NCBI GenBank assembly: GCA_963823665.1
Contig: CAWGMQ010000004.1
Coordinates: 2,880,001-2,944,000, forward strand
DNA: 64,000 bases
Direction: 5' to 3'
From: an uncultured Planctomycetota bacterium
Lineage (GTDB): Bacteria > Planctomycetota > Planctomycetia > Isosphaerales > Isosphaeraceae
Below, in pieces: positions 33,358 through 43,015 of the stretch (positions are counted from its first letter, which is position 1; every line of letters starts with the position of its first letter). The notes below the pieces were generated by a model. That model was not told the DNA's origin and did not search any database. It saw only the letters and a list, made by a program, of their open reading frames with translations. A program made the position numbers and the translations under genes.

Positions 33358-34035
33358 TCACTTCGGCTCGTCGGGTGCATCGCCAGGCGGCGGTCCGCCG
33401 CGCCCGCCCGGAGGGGGTCCGCCCATGCCTGGGCGTCCACCCGGTGGAGGTCCACCCATGCCGGGCCCGCCCATGCCGCGACCCATGCCGCCGCCTGGCC
33501 CGCCGCGGTGCTGCCGGTGGCACGCGTTGCATGATCCCCCCAGGCCATCTTGGGCGGCGCTGGCCGCGGCTTTGTCCTTGGCTTGAGCCGCCTTGTCCAG
33601 CTCGGTTGCCAGCCCAGCGTATTCAGCCGCCAGCTTGGACCAAGATTCCTTCGAGCCTTTGGCCGGCTCGTGTTTGGCAATGTCACCGGCGAGCTTTGCG
33701 TATTCCTTCGTCTGGGGCTGGATCGTGTCCCAGGCTGGCTTCTCGGCCTTGAGCGCTTCACCGATCACTGTGCCCAGCGCGCTCGGGCCCTTGTTCAACT
33801 TGACCATGATCGCTCGGATTTCCGGCGAGGAGGCGCCTTTTCCCGGCGGCCCGCCGCCAGGACCCGGTGGGGGACCACCGGGTCCTGGATCTCCTGCCGC
33901 GCCGGGACGGGCCGTGTACGTCGGCGTCGCCGGCGCGTTCGGCTCGTCGCTACCGGTTCCACCACAGCCGGCCGCAAGGGCAAAGGCGGCGAGGTAAAGG
34001 GAAAGCACAAAGAGATCGCGGCAGCGCGGTTTCAT
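33358..34035 (-). CDS. Lipoprotein c-type cytochrome (cytochrome c'-like) with Gly/Pro-rich arms
   Basis: Lipobox LAAGC; helical core; C-terminal CNACH heme-binding motif. Confidence 0.8.
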   Translation of the reverse strand: MKPRCRDLFVLSLYLAAFALAAGCGGTGSDEPNAPATPTYTARPGAAGDPGPGGPPPGPGGGPPGKGASSPEIRAIMVKLNKGPSALGTVIGEALKAEKPAWDTIQPQTKEYAKLAGDIAKHEPAKGSKESWSKLAAEYAGLATELDKAAQAKDKAAASAAQDGLGGSCNACHRQHRGGPGGGMGRGMGGPGMGGPPPGGRPGMGGPPPGGRGGPPPGDAPDEPK

Positions 34036-34175
34036 GGAAAGATTCCTGCGAGCGGATTTGGGTCGAGTCGGTACTACACTGTGCCGCGCCCGATCCAGCC
34101 AGATGCGCGGATTTGAATGAACAATCGTACGATGCGCAACGGAAACGAGTCAATGACCTCTGACGAGGGATCAAG

Positions 34176-35561
34176 TCAGACTTCGTAGGTCGTGTGCAGC
34201 TCGGGTGTTTGAACGGGTGTCTGGACGAAGGGTTGGAGCACCGGCGCGAGCGCTTCCATCGATTCCGGCTCGCCGTGCACGAGGAAAGCCTGTTCGATGC
34301 GCCCGCCGAGCTGCGAGTACCACCAGCCGAGGTCGCCGCGGTCTGCGTGGCCGGAGAATCCGTCGAGCACATAGACCGCGGCATTCAGGTCGTACCACTC
34401 GTCGAAGATCTGCACCCGCTCGACACCGTCGGAGATCTGGCGGCCGAGCGTGCCTTCGGCCTGATAGCTCACGATCACGACGGCGTTGTCGGGGTCGGAG
34501 ACGACGTGGCGGAGGTGATGGCGAATGCGGCCGGCCTCGCACATGCCCGCGGAGGAGACGATGATCATGGGACCGTTCAAGTGGTTCAGACGCCGCGAAT
34601 CGTCCCAGCCGCCGCAGAACTCGACGTATTTCGATCCGAAATAGAGCGGATCCTTGTCCATCAGGCTGCGAGCAAAGGGCGTATATGCCGCGGGGTGATC
34701 GCGATGAATCTCGGTGAGCCGGGTCGCGAGGGGGCTGTCGACGTAGATCGGAATCGGCCGCACCTTGTGCACGGTGAAAAGCTCTTGAAGGCAATAGACC
34801 ATCCGCTGGGTGCGGCCCAGGCTGAAGGCCGGGATCACGATCTTGCTCTGGAGACGGGTTGCGCGGGCGACGATGGCGTGCAACTGCTTCATCAGGGTGT
34901 CGTACGAATCCAGCTCGCGATTGCCGTACGTGCTCTCCGAAACCAGCAGGTCCACGTTATCCACGGGCGTGGGGTCGGGCAGGAGATGCGTGTTGCGACG
35001 GCCGAGATCGCCGGTGAAAACCAGTCGTCGCGACCGGCCGTTTTCGCGGAAGTCGAGCTGCACGATCGCCGAGCCCAGGATATGCCCCGCATCCAGGTAG
35101 GTCAGAGTGACACCCGGGGCGATTTCGTGCGGCTCACGATACGGCAAACGCTTGATTCTCTCGACCATCCATTCCACGTCAACCAGCTCAAAGAGAGGCT
35201 CGGGAGCTTCGATTTCCGGGTGACGAAGATGGGCATTGCGCACTTCCTCACGCTGGATCCGCGCACTGTCACGTAGCATGACGTTGGCGATGTCGCCAGT
35301 TGCGGGCGTGGTGTAGATCGGCCCGGTGTACCCCGCGCGGACGAGGCAAGGCAGCCGCCCGATATGGTCGTTATGGGCGTGAGAGACGATCACCGCATCG
35401 AGTGCCCGGGGGTCGAACTGGAACTGACGGTTCGGCCCGCTGGGATCAAGTCGATCGGAGTCAAACAACCCACAATCGAGCAGAATACGCGCCGAGCCGA
35501 TCTCCAGAAGATGGGCACTGCCCGTGATTTGCCGGGCCGCACCGTGGAACGTGATTCGCAA
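34176..35561 (-). CDS. Metallo-beta-lactamase beta-CASP RNase (YSH1-like)
   Basis: LLDCG, SHAHNDHIG, AGHILGS, FTGDLG, ESTYG, AGMCEAGRI.HH, FSGHAD, LVHGE. Confidence 0.93.
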   Translation of the reverse strand: MRITFHGAARQITGSAHLLEIGSARILLDCGLFDSDRLDPSGPNRQFQFDPRALDAVIVSHAHNDHIGRLPCLVRAGYTGPIYTTPATGDIANVMLRDSARIQREEVRNAHLRHPEIEAPEPLFELVDVEWMVERIKRLPYREPHEIAPGVTLTYLDAGHILGSAIVQLDFRENGRSRRLVFTGDLGRRNTHLLPDPTPVDNVDLLVSESTYGNRELDSYDTLMKQLHAIVARATRLQSKIVIPAFSLGRTQRMVYCLQELFTVHKVRPIPIYVDSPLATRLTEIHRDHPAAYTPFARSLMDKDPLYFGSKYVEFCGGWDDSRRLNHLNGPMIIVSSAGMCEAGRIRHHLRHVVSDPDNAVVIVSYQAEGTLGRQISDGVERVQIFDEWYDLNAAVYVLDGFSGHADRGDLGWWYSQLGGRIEQAFLVHGEPESMEALAPVLQPFVQTPVQTPELHTTYEV

Positions 35562-36014
35562 CCAAGCTTCCTCCCTGACAATCGATCTGTTTAAAAAGAT
35601 GCTAACACTTCCATCATGACACGAAGGGCCAAAAGCGACAAGTCAAAGCGAGCCACCACGTTCAGACAATCGCGGCGACTTAGTGATCGTCTGAACCCTG
35701 ATTGGGGGAGGAGTGAACTTTCGCAGAGCGAACGACAACTCTGGGGAAGCGTGCACTTTCGCGGTGCGATCGGCGACGGTGGGCATCACGGCGGGCGTTC
35801 ACGTCACGCGAAGCTCGCCGGGGTTGAACCGTTGAAGAATCTCCACCTTGCCGAAACTCTGATTGATCGATTGTGAGATTGCGCGTAGAATTCTCGAGGA
35901 AGACGTGAAGTCCTCGCCTCTCTCCCCGATTCGCCAGCCGGATCATCATGTCGTCCGAATCAGTTTCTTTCGTTCCTTCCCGGACAAGGTCCCGTGGGGC
36001 AGGAGCGCCCTTGC

Positions 36015-36551
36015 ATGGAAAATCCGCGCGCGATTCCCGAATCGCATCCGCTGCACAGGCTCTTCCGAGGCCTTACCGAGTACACGTTCATCAACGAGCT
36101 CGGCATCGGCGATCCCTCGCTCGTCGGGTATGTCGCCGGGCTACTCGCGAGCTTTGTGCCGAGCCAGGGAGTGTGGCACCTTCGTGATGCACAAGGGAAA
36201 CGACTGTTTGAAGTTACGGCGATGGTCGCCGAAGCCGAGGCTGCCGCAGACGCAGCGAGGCGCCGCGAGTGCCATCGTCACGTCGGCGATTACACCCTGT
36301 TCTGGACGGGGGTTTATCCCGAAGCGCTGGCGAAGCTTCAGGGGGGGAACTCGGCCGACGCCTTGATCAGCTTTCAGCGCCAGGGCAAGCGGTCGTATCA
36401 TCTGGCGAGTGTCTTGAGTGCCGGCAACGATCGGGAAACTGTGTTTCGCCGCTTGAGCGAACAGTTCGAGCTGTGTGCCGTGGGGCTTTCGCACGTGCGC
36501 CGGGAGTGGGAAAAGATCGAGCTCGAAGGGCAGGGGCCTGTCGTCGTCTGA
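36015..36551 (+). CDS. Conserved hypothetical protein
   Basis: AGGAG RBS; HPL..LF..LTE..F, RHVGDYTLFWTGVYPE, QGKRSY. Confidence 0.75.
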   Translation: MENPRAIPESHPLHRLFRGLTEYTFINELGIGDPSLVGYVAGLLASFVPSQGVWHLRDAQGKRLFEVTAMVAEAEAAADAARRRECHRHVGDYTLFWTGVYPEALAKLQGGNSADALISFQRQGKRSYHLASVLSAGNDRETVFRRLSEQFELCAVGLSHVRREWEKIELEGQGPVVV

Positions 36552-36754
36552 CCGGCAGTCTTCATGGTTGCCGTGGACGAGTGCTGAGCGATCGAGTTTG
36601 CGCGTTGCCTGGCTGCGTGGGGATGGCGCGGCACCGGTCGAATCGGTATATTGCACGCTCGCGGCCGCGTCGTGTTGGTGGCACGCGAACGGCCGCCGGG
36701 TGGGAGCAAAGGCCGTTCTATCTTGCTGCGTTCGGTTGAGGATCACGCTGCACC

Positions 36755-37555
36755 ATGGTTTTCCCGCTTGGCGACTTGCAGCGCACCCGGATTGTCCCTG
36801 TGGTGACCTACGCGCTCATTTCGCTCAATGTCGCGGTGTTCCTGGTCCAGTTGCGCCAAGGCGAAGACTTCACGCTCGCGCTGGCCGCGACCCCGTATGA
36901 GATCACGCACAACGACGACCTGGCCGAGCCGGTTGCGGTCCCAGTGCGAGTGAAGGTGCACGGCCCGTTCGGCGACGAGCACTGGGAGGAGGGCCGAGTC
37001 GAACGCGCGCACGCTCCTTGCCCCGTGCCGGTCCGCTTCACCTTGCTGACGTCGATGTTCCTGCACGCGAGCTGGCTGCATTTGCTGGGCAATATGCTCT
37101 ATCTCTGGATTGTGGGGGACAACGTCGAGGAGGTGCTGGGACCATTCGGCTATCTGATCGTTTATCTCGCGTGCGGGCTGGTAGGCTCGCTGGCGCAGAT
37201 CGTCGCGAATCCCGATTCGATCACGCCGACCCTGGGCGCCTCGGGTGCGATTGCGGGCATCATGGGGGCGTACGTCATCTGGTTTCCCCACAATCAAATA
37301 CGGGTCCTGCTATTTCGAATCATCACGGTGCTGCCCGCGATTCTCGTGATCGGCGCTTGGATCGGCTTGCAGATCTACCTGGGCGTTGCGGCCCTGGGCC
37401 GGGAGGGTGACGGAGGTGGAGTCGCCTATCTCGCGCACGTCGGCGGAGCATTGACGGGGATTGTCGTGGCGTTCCTGTTCATGGACAAGGCCAGGTATGT
37501 CAAGAGCCGCAACTCGGCCATGGAGGGGTGGTCGGTGTATGAGCATCCGATTTGA
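36755..37555 (+). CDS. Rhomboid intramembrane serine protease
   Basis: MFLH..WLHLLGNMLYL, GASG (Ser), AHVGG (His). Confidence 0.93.
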   Translation: MVFPLGDLQRTRIVPVVTYALISLNVAVFLVQLRQGEDFTLALAATPYEITHNDDLAEPVAVPVRVKVHGPFGDEHWEEGRVERAHAPCPVPVRFTLLTSMFLHASWLHLLGNMLYLWIVGDNVEEVLGPFGYLIVYLACGLVGSLAQIVANPDSITPTLGASGAIAGIMGAYVIWFPHNQIRVLLFRIITVLPAILVIGAWIGLQIYLGVAALGREGDGGGVAYLAHVGGALTGIVVAFLFMDKARYVKSRNSAMEGWSVYEHPI

Positions 37556-37597
37556 GGCGATGTTCGAGCGGGCTCGAATGCTTCTTGAGAGCGACCA

Positions 37598-38353
37598 ATG
37601 CGGATCCCATTCCTCCGGTGCTTGCTGGGACTGATGCTCCTCTCGGCGTTTTCCGGCGGATGTGGCGAGTCGCATGGGCCGGCGAGCTCCGGTGCTTCGG
37701 GGTTGCCTGACGTGGTTGCGGACTCACATTACCAGCGAAATCGGGTTTCCCACAAAACTGTGCTCGATTTCCATCTCGTGGATGAGGCGAGTCGCTCGCC
37801 GATCGAAAGCGGTTCCATCCAGACCCGGTATGGCTATTGGGACACGCAGCCGATCCGCGCTGTAACGAACGGCGACGGCACCTGGCGCCTCGTTTATCAG
37901 ACGTGGTACTTTCCAAAGCCGGAGCTTCCGCCGGAATCGTACTTCCGTGGTGGTCAGTGGTTGGAGATCGATGCTCCGGGATATGAACGAGTCAAGGTCC
38001 CGCTGCGAGACTTTGTAGATGAGCGCCGCATGGATGACGAAGCTTCGCTGGCGAAGTCCGCGCCGCTTGTCGTCGCCATGCGAAAGGGCGAGCGCAAGCC
38101 GACACGGCTCGAATTCATCGCGGGCTACTACCCGTTGGATAAAGGTCTCTGGTTCAGACTTGCCATCGACGCAGACGGGACATTCAGCGTCTACATTCAA
38201 GATCAACACGGCCGCATCCCGGTTGGGTTCGGATTTGCGAAGTTCGTGGATGAGAGATTGACGCTGACTTACGCCGAGAGCGATTCGTATCGGGCGAGCC
38301 ATCCGCAGATGGCGGAGCTTTTGGCCATGGTTCATGCTGTGATCAAGGATTGA
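37598..38353 (+). CDS. Hypothetical lipoprotein
   Basis: Signal peptide with lipobox FSGGC; APGYE..V beta-rich segment. Confidence 0.6.
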   Translation: MRIPFLRCLLGLMLLSAFSGGCGESHGPASSGASGLPDVVADSHYQRNRVSHKTVLDFHLVDEASRSPIESGSIQTRYGYWDTQPIRAVTNGDGTWRLVYQTWYFPKPELPPESYFRGGQWLEIDAPGYERVKVPLRDFVDERRMDDEASLAKSAPLVVAMRKGERKPTRLEFIAGYYPLDKGLWFRLAIDADGTFSVYIQDQHGRIPVGFGFAKFVDERLTLTYAESDSYRASHPQMAELLAMVHAVIKD

Positions 38354-38417
38354 TCGCGTTAGCGAGTTCACACACCGTCCAAACATCCTCCCCCGAGCGC
38401 AGCCACGGACCGGAGAA

Positions 38418-38546
38418 TTCCCGAGCCCCTGACCACTTGCGCTCGCATTCGTCCTCCATTCGCACACTTGGCTCTCGCAGACCCCCCAAAACGTCGTCAT
38501 CGTCGTCATCTCCTTTCCACAACAGGAGTTACGAATGACGACGTTT
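38418..38546. repeat. Dispersed ~129-bp structured element, copy B (inverted relative to copy A)
   Basis: Reverse-complement match to 2448-2576; arms at 38489-38500 and 38535-38546. Confidence 0.85.
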
Positions 38547-38894
38547 CCCCGAAAGTGCCGCAGGCGGCCGAGAGGGTTTTGAGCGCAGGGAAGACCGCGC
38601 CCGAGGCAGCAAGGCTCTCGCTTCGAGTGGCCTGAAAAAAATGGCCCAAAACATAGTGAACAACACAATCGATTTGTCATGGCAATTTTCGGTGGCATAT
38701 GCCAAGAGTTTTCGTCATCGCAAAAAGACGTCTCGCGCTGTTCCGATTCGAGTGTGCCCATTGAACTTGCAGAGAACGACTCCACGCGAAGAAATCGTTG
38801 AACCCTTCGAAAAAATGGCTAAAAGTGGGCGTGGTTCAAACGCGGGTAACACGCCTCGACGCCATTCGAGGCGCAACCGGCCCGCCGGTCCCTT

Positions 38895-38959
38895 CGTAGG
38901 GTGGGTGTAACCCACGATCCCATATCGTATTACGACCGGTGGGTTGCACCCACCCTACG
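38895..38959. repeat. GTAG-type REP doublet (REPIN-like)
   Basis: CGTAGGGTGGGTGTAACCCAC (38895-38915) and inverted GTGGGTTGCACCCACCCTACG (38939-38959), one mismatch. Confidence 0.8.
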
Positions 38960-38980
38960 TACTGCCCCCCATTGACGGTG

Positions 38981-39133
38981 TTACCGTAGCGTCGCGTCCG
39001 TTGAACCACGCGTAAAAGTGGCAATATTTCGAGGGTCCTCCAGCATCCGTACACCAGTGTAAACAGGCGGCATCCTGATCTTGTTCTCGATCTTGATGTG
39101 AACCTGAATTTGCCCAATTGGTTTCGCGGTCAT
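38981..39133 (-). CDS. Possible 50-aa small protein or gene remnant (MTAKPIGQIQVHIKIENKIRMPPVYTG...)
   Basis: GGAGGAG RBS directly before the ATG; below the ORF-track length cut-off. Confidence 0.35.
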   Translation of the reverse strand: MTAKPIGQIQVHIKIENKIRMPPVYTGVRMLEDPRNIATFTRGSTDATLR

Positions 39134-39469
39134 GAACTCCTCCGGGCTTCAGGTGCTCCTGCAAAACGCTAGGTGGTGCCATGAGCCGCCTCCAGCCCGT
39201 GCAAATCGCCACCGCGGAGCGCACGCCCTCATCTACAATATGAGACGACTTTACGGATCCATGGCGCCGTCGACCGGGAAATCTCCAGAGTGTTTCCGGG
39301 TTGGAGCGATTAGATCGAGTAAGGAAGAAAACTCATTCTGTATGCGCGCCCTGCGCGGGCGCCGCCGTATGGCCCACACTGCTGTCTGCACACCCGCCGT
39401 TTCCCGCCCCAACTGGCCGCGGGCGCCGACGGGCCGACACTTCTGTCTGCCACGCCCCGGCCATCTCCC

Positions 39470-39515
39470 GCCCCAACGGGGCGCACGTCAATAGCCAGGG
39501 TCTTCGAGCCCCTGG
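39470..39515. repeat. Palindromic REP-like element (GCCCC-AAC-GGGGC ... CCAGGG-N9-CCCTGG)
   Basis: Two short hairpins in tandem in intergenic DNA. Confidence 0.45.
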
Positions 39516-39658
39516 AACATTTCATTCGGCTCCGGTCTGGCCCCTCGCAGACCGAATCAGTCGCGTCCAATCGAACAGAGCCTCGCCTCTGTCGAGGCAT
39601 GACGATCGGGCTTCGCTCCGATGAGGCAATCCTCCCCACTCATCGGTGTGCGACGGGC

Positions 39659-39706
39659 TTGACTCTTTTTATCCGGGTGATATTATCAGATTATGTCCGG
39701 GTAAAA
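39659..39706 (+). promoter_or_regulatory. Sigma70-like promoter with overlapping operator upstream of the DUF2239 gene
   Basis: TTGACT (39659-64), 16-bp spacer, TG-n-TATTAT (39681-86); inverted TTTTATCCGG / CCGGGTAAAA boxes. Confidence 0.6.
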
Positions 39707-39774
39707 TTCCGCCTGGCCGTTGAATGGGCCGCGGTCGTGCTGGAACAGCGTTCTTGATGTGGAGGGGTGCAGAC

Positions 39775-40391
39775 GTGGAAGAGCCAGATCGACCAACATG
39801 CACAGCGTTTGAGGGTTTTCGGCAGATCGCGTCGGGAGCGCGGCGCAGGTCGCGCTCAAAACGAAGAAGGTCATCGATCGGGGTGCGCGGGGTCCGGTCC
39901 TGATCTTCGACGACGCGACGGGCGAGCAGATCGAGATCGATTTCCGGGGCACTGTCACCGACGTGGTGAGGCGGATCGAGACGACGGCGAGCGAGGATGC
40001 GCAGGGCGCCGTTTCAACTGACCAGGCCGGCGAGGCGCCGCGGGGCCCGGGGCGGCCGAGGCTCGGAGTGGTTGCGCGCGAGGTCACGCTCCTGCCGCGG
40101 CACTGGGACTGGCTGAACGGTCAACCCGGGGGGGCATCGGTGGCGCTACGGAAGCTGGTGGAAGAAGCCCGGCGCGTGAATGAGGGGCGGGATCGGCTTC
40201 GACGCTCGCAAGAGTCGGCTTACCGGTTCATGTCGGCGATGGCCGGCAATCTGCCCGGATTCGAGGAGGCGGCGAGGGCGTTATTCGCGAGCGACGGGGT
40301 TCGTTTCGAGCTGCTCATTCGTCGCTGGCCCAAGGACGTTCGAAACCAGCTTGGGCGTATGGTGGGGGAGTTCATGGCGGTCGGACGGTGA
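39775..40391 (+). CDS. DUF2239 family protein (indel near 39838)
   Basis: TCTAFEG..IASG, LIFDDATGEQIEIDFRG, RGPGRPRLGVVAREVTLLPRHWDWL..QPGGASVALRKLV; GTG start after GGAGG. Confidence 0.85.
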
Positions 40392-40508
40392 ATGTCATCA
40401 GATCGGTCTCTCGAAGATCGATTCAGTGTCCTATCGGGTCCGCAACCCGTGGTGTACAGTTTTGTTAGCTCAACGAGTGCCTCGAAGACCTACGGGGAGG
40501 GCCTGACC

Positions 40509-41219
40509 TTGCGTCATGAAATACTGTATCAGCCATCGTTCAGTCTGGCGGTCGTTTCGCTCGAGCGGGGCGAGTCGATCATGGCGGAGTCAGGCGCGAT
40601 GATCAGCATGTCGCCGACGATCAAGCTGGAAGCCCACATGTCCGGTGGCGGGGTTTTCGGTGCGCTCAAGAGTGCGGTGGGTGGCGAGTCGATTTTCCGC
40701 ACGACATTCACGGCCGAAACCGGTCCTGGCGAGGTGACGCTCGCCCCCTCGGCGGTCGGCGACATCCTGTCGGTGCCGATGTCGGGCAATCGCTACTTTG
40801 TCCAACCCGGCAGCTACCTGGCCGGCGACCCGCGTCTGAACATCGGCGTTCAGGGAAGCGTGCGCGGGATGCTCTCGGGGGAGGGGCTCTTCTTGCTCAC
40901 AGTGGAGGGGAGCGGCCTCTTGCTGCTCTCATCGTTCGGCGCGATTCACACGAAAAGTCTCGGACCAGGCGAGGAGTACATCGTCGACACCGGCCACATC
41001 GTGGCGTTTGAGGACTCGGTGCAATATCGCCTCGAGAAAGCGACGGGCAAGACGCAGGGAATCGGCGGCTTCCTGAAAGGAATGGTGCAATCCGCCCTTT
41101 CGGGTGAAGGATTCGTGTGCCGTTACCGCGGCCCAGGCGTGATCTACATCCAGACCCGCCAGTTCCCCAGCTTTGCGCGGCAGCTCATTCCGTTCTTGCC
41201 GAAGACGGGCGGGGGATGA
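40509..41219 (+). CDS. TIGR00266 / AIM24 family protein
   Basis: AESGAM, GGESIF, APS..GDI, SGEGLF, SSFGAI, VDTGHIVAF, GPG.IYIQTR; TTG start after GGGGAGG. Confidence 0.88.
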   Translation: MRHEILYQPSFSLAVVSLERGESIMAESGAMISMSPTIKLEAHMSGGGVFGALKSAVGGESIFRTTFTAETGPGEVTLAPSAVGDILSVPMSGNRYFVQPGSYLAGDPRLNIGVQGSVRGMLSGEGLFLLTVEGSGLLLLSSFGAIHTKSLGPGEEYIVDTGHIVAFEDSVQYRLEKATGKTQGIGGFLKGMVQSALSGEGFVCRYRGPGVIYIQTRQFPSFARQLIPFLPKTGGG

Positions 41220-41338
41220 CCGAGCCGTCCGCAGGTGATGGCGTCAAAGCGGCCCTATGATCAAGAGCGATTCGTCGGCAGGCTCAACACGCTCCCCGAA
41301 ATGCCGTGGCTAGACGACTAGCCAGCACGTGGAAGCAC

Positions 41339-41375
41339 TTGTCTTCGCTACCCGAGAGTAATATATTACATGTAA
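41339..41375 (+). promoter_or_regulatory. Promoter with palindromic operator upstream of GntR
   Basis: TTGTCT-N17-TATATT; perfect palindromes GTAATATATTAC (41358-69) and TTACATGTAA (41366-75). Confidence 0.55.
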
Positions 41376-41405
41376 CATCCAATTGTTGACAGTGGGAACA
41401 ACGGT

Positions 41406-42090
41406 ATGCCGCTGCCGCAATCCGAGAGTAAACTGTCACGGACACTCGCACGTGAAGAAGTTTACGGTCGTCTTCGCGCCTGGATTATCGACGGCACGCT
41501 CCGGCCTGAAGAACTGCTCCGGGATCAGGACATCGCGGCCACAGTGGGGGTGAGCCGGACTCCGGTCCGGGAGGCATTGCGCCGCCTGGAGGATGAAGGC
41601 CTGGTCGAAACTGCCTTGAACCGCTGGACTCGCGTGGCGCCCATCGACGTCGCCAAGGCCGCCGAGATCTACGCCATTGTCGAAGCCCTGGAACTGTTCG
41701 CGCTGGGGACTGCGATCAGGCGTTTGACTTCCCAGGACGTCACTCGGATGCGCGAGGCCAATCAAGCCATGCGGCGGGCCGCCGAGCTTCAGGATCCCGC
41801 GGCCGCCGTCATCGCTGATGAAAGTTTCCACGAGGTTTGGATCGAGCGGGCGAACAATCGGGAATTAAGTGTGCTATTGCGTCAGTTCAGGATCAAGTTG
41901 CGACGCGTCGAGCTTGCTTATTTTGATGCGGCCGCCCGGGCACTGTCATCCTTCCGCGAACACGCCGCGATCATCCGGGCCTTCTCCGGCCGTTCCCTGC
42001 CTGCCGCGCCAGGCGGTTCGCCGTAATTGGCGAGGAAGTGCTCAGCGGTTGCAGGCTCTCGTGCAAGAGGAATCCGAAAAGAACGTCTGA
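41406..42090 (+). CDS. GntR-family (FadR/FCD) transcriptional regulator (indel near 42005)
   Basis: GVSRTPVREALRRLEDEGLV, D..FH, EH..II; the C-terminus continues in frame 41869..42090. Confidence 0.88.
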
Positions 42091-42551
42091 CTTACCGGGA
42101 GAAACACACGGAACCGCTACCGGCCGACCTGCTGGAGGTCCAGCCCAACGGCAAGTACCGGATGGTCAAACATCCCAACTGGGGAATGCAGCAGCCGAGC
42201 AAGCCTTCCTTTCGCGGCAAGGTGCTGATTCTCATCAACGGCGGCAGTTTCTCGACGACCTCCGAGTTCCTGTCTCAGGCCCACTTTCACAAGCGGGCAA
42301 AGTTCATCGGCGAAGAGTCCGGCGGGGGTTACTATGGCAACACTTCCGGCCCTAGTCTTCGGCTGACGTTGCCCCATTCGAAAGTCCGGGTGGGCGTGCC
42401 GCTCATGACCTATTACATGGCAGTCAGCGGCTACCAGGCCAAAGCGCACGGAGTTCTCCCCGATTATCCCGTGGCATACACAATCGAGGAATTGCTCGAG
42501 GGAAAAGACAAGGAGCTGGCCTTGGCCTTCGAGCTTGCCCGGAAGTCGTGA
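42091..42551 (+). pseudogene. C-terminal fragment of an S41-family peptidase
   Basis: KVLILINGGSFSTTSEF, IGEESGG, HGVLPD, GKDKEL; no N-terminal half and no credible start. Confidence 0.65.
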
Positions 42552-43015
42552 AAGGGCAAGGAGAAATGCCACGGCCCGGGAGGCGACCATCCCCGATTGA
42601 AGCAACACGACTCGAAGAGGTGGCCTTGGTTTTCTCAGGCGGAACGCCACGAATGCGAGGAACCAGATCACGGATGTAGCAGATATCCAGAATTCCGATG
42701 TGCATTTTACCGCATCGATTGCCAGTTCGCCTGTACAACATCGATGCGGCACTTTGTCGCGGCCTGCTTCTCGACGATCGTGTGCTCGGATTCTTCCGGT
42801 TTCTAAATTGGATTGGACGATCATGGGACTGCGGTGAGTGGCATGTGGCACTGCCACCAACCAGGACGACGACTCTGGCGGCAACATCAACCCGACGGAT
42901 ACCTACAAGATCGTCATCACCGTCCCGCCGCCGGGCTCCGTCCCCTACAACACGAATTTCAGCCTCACGGCGGCCGTCGAGCAAGGGACACACCGTCGTC
43001 TCCGAATGAGGACCC

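Noticed and set aside
35562..36014. ncRNA or tRNA in the 450-bp divergent intergenic region
   Set aside because: No cloverleaf or recognisable structured-RNA motif found
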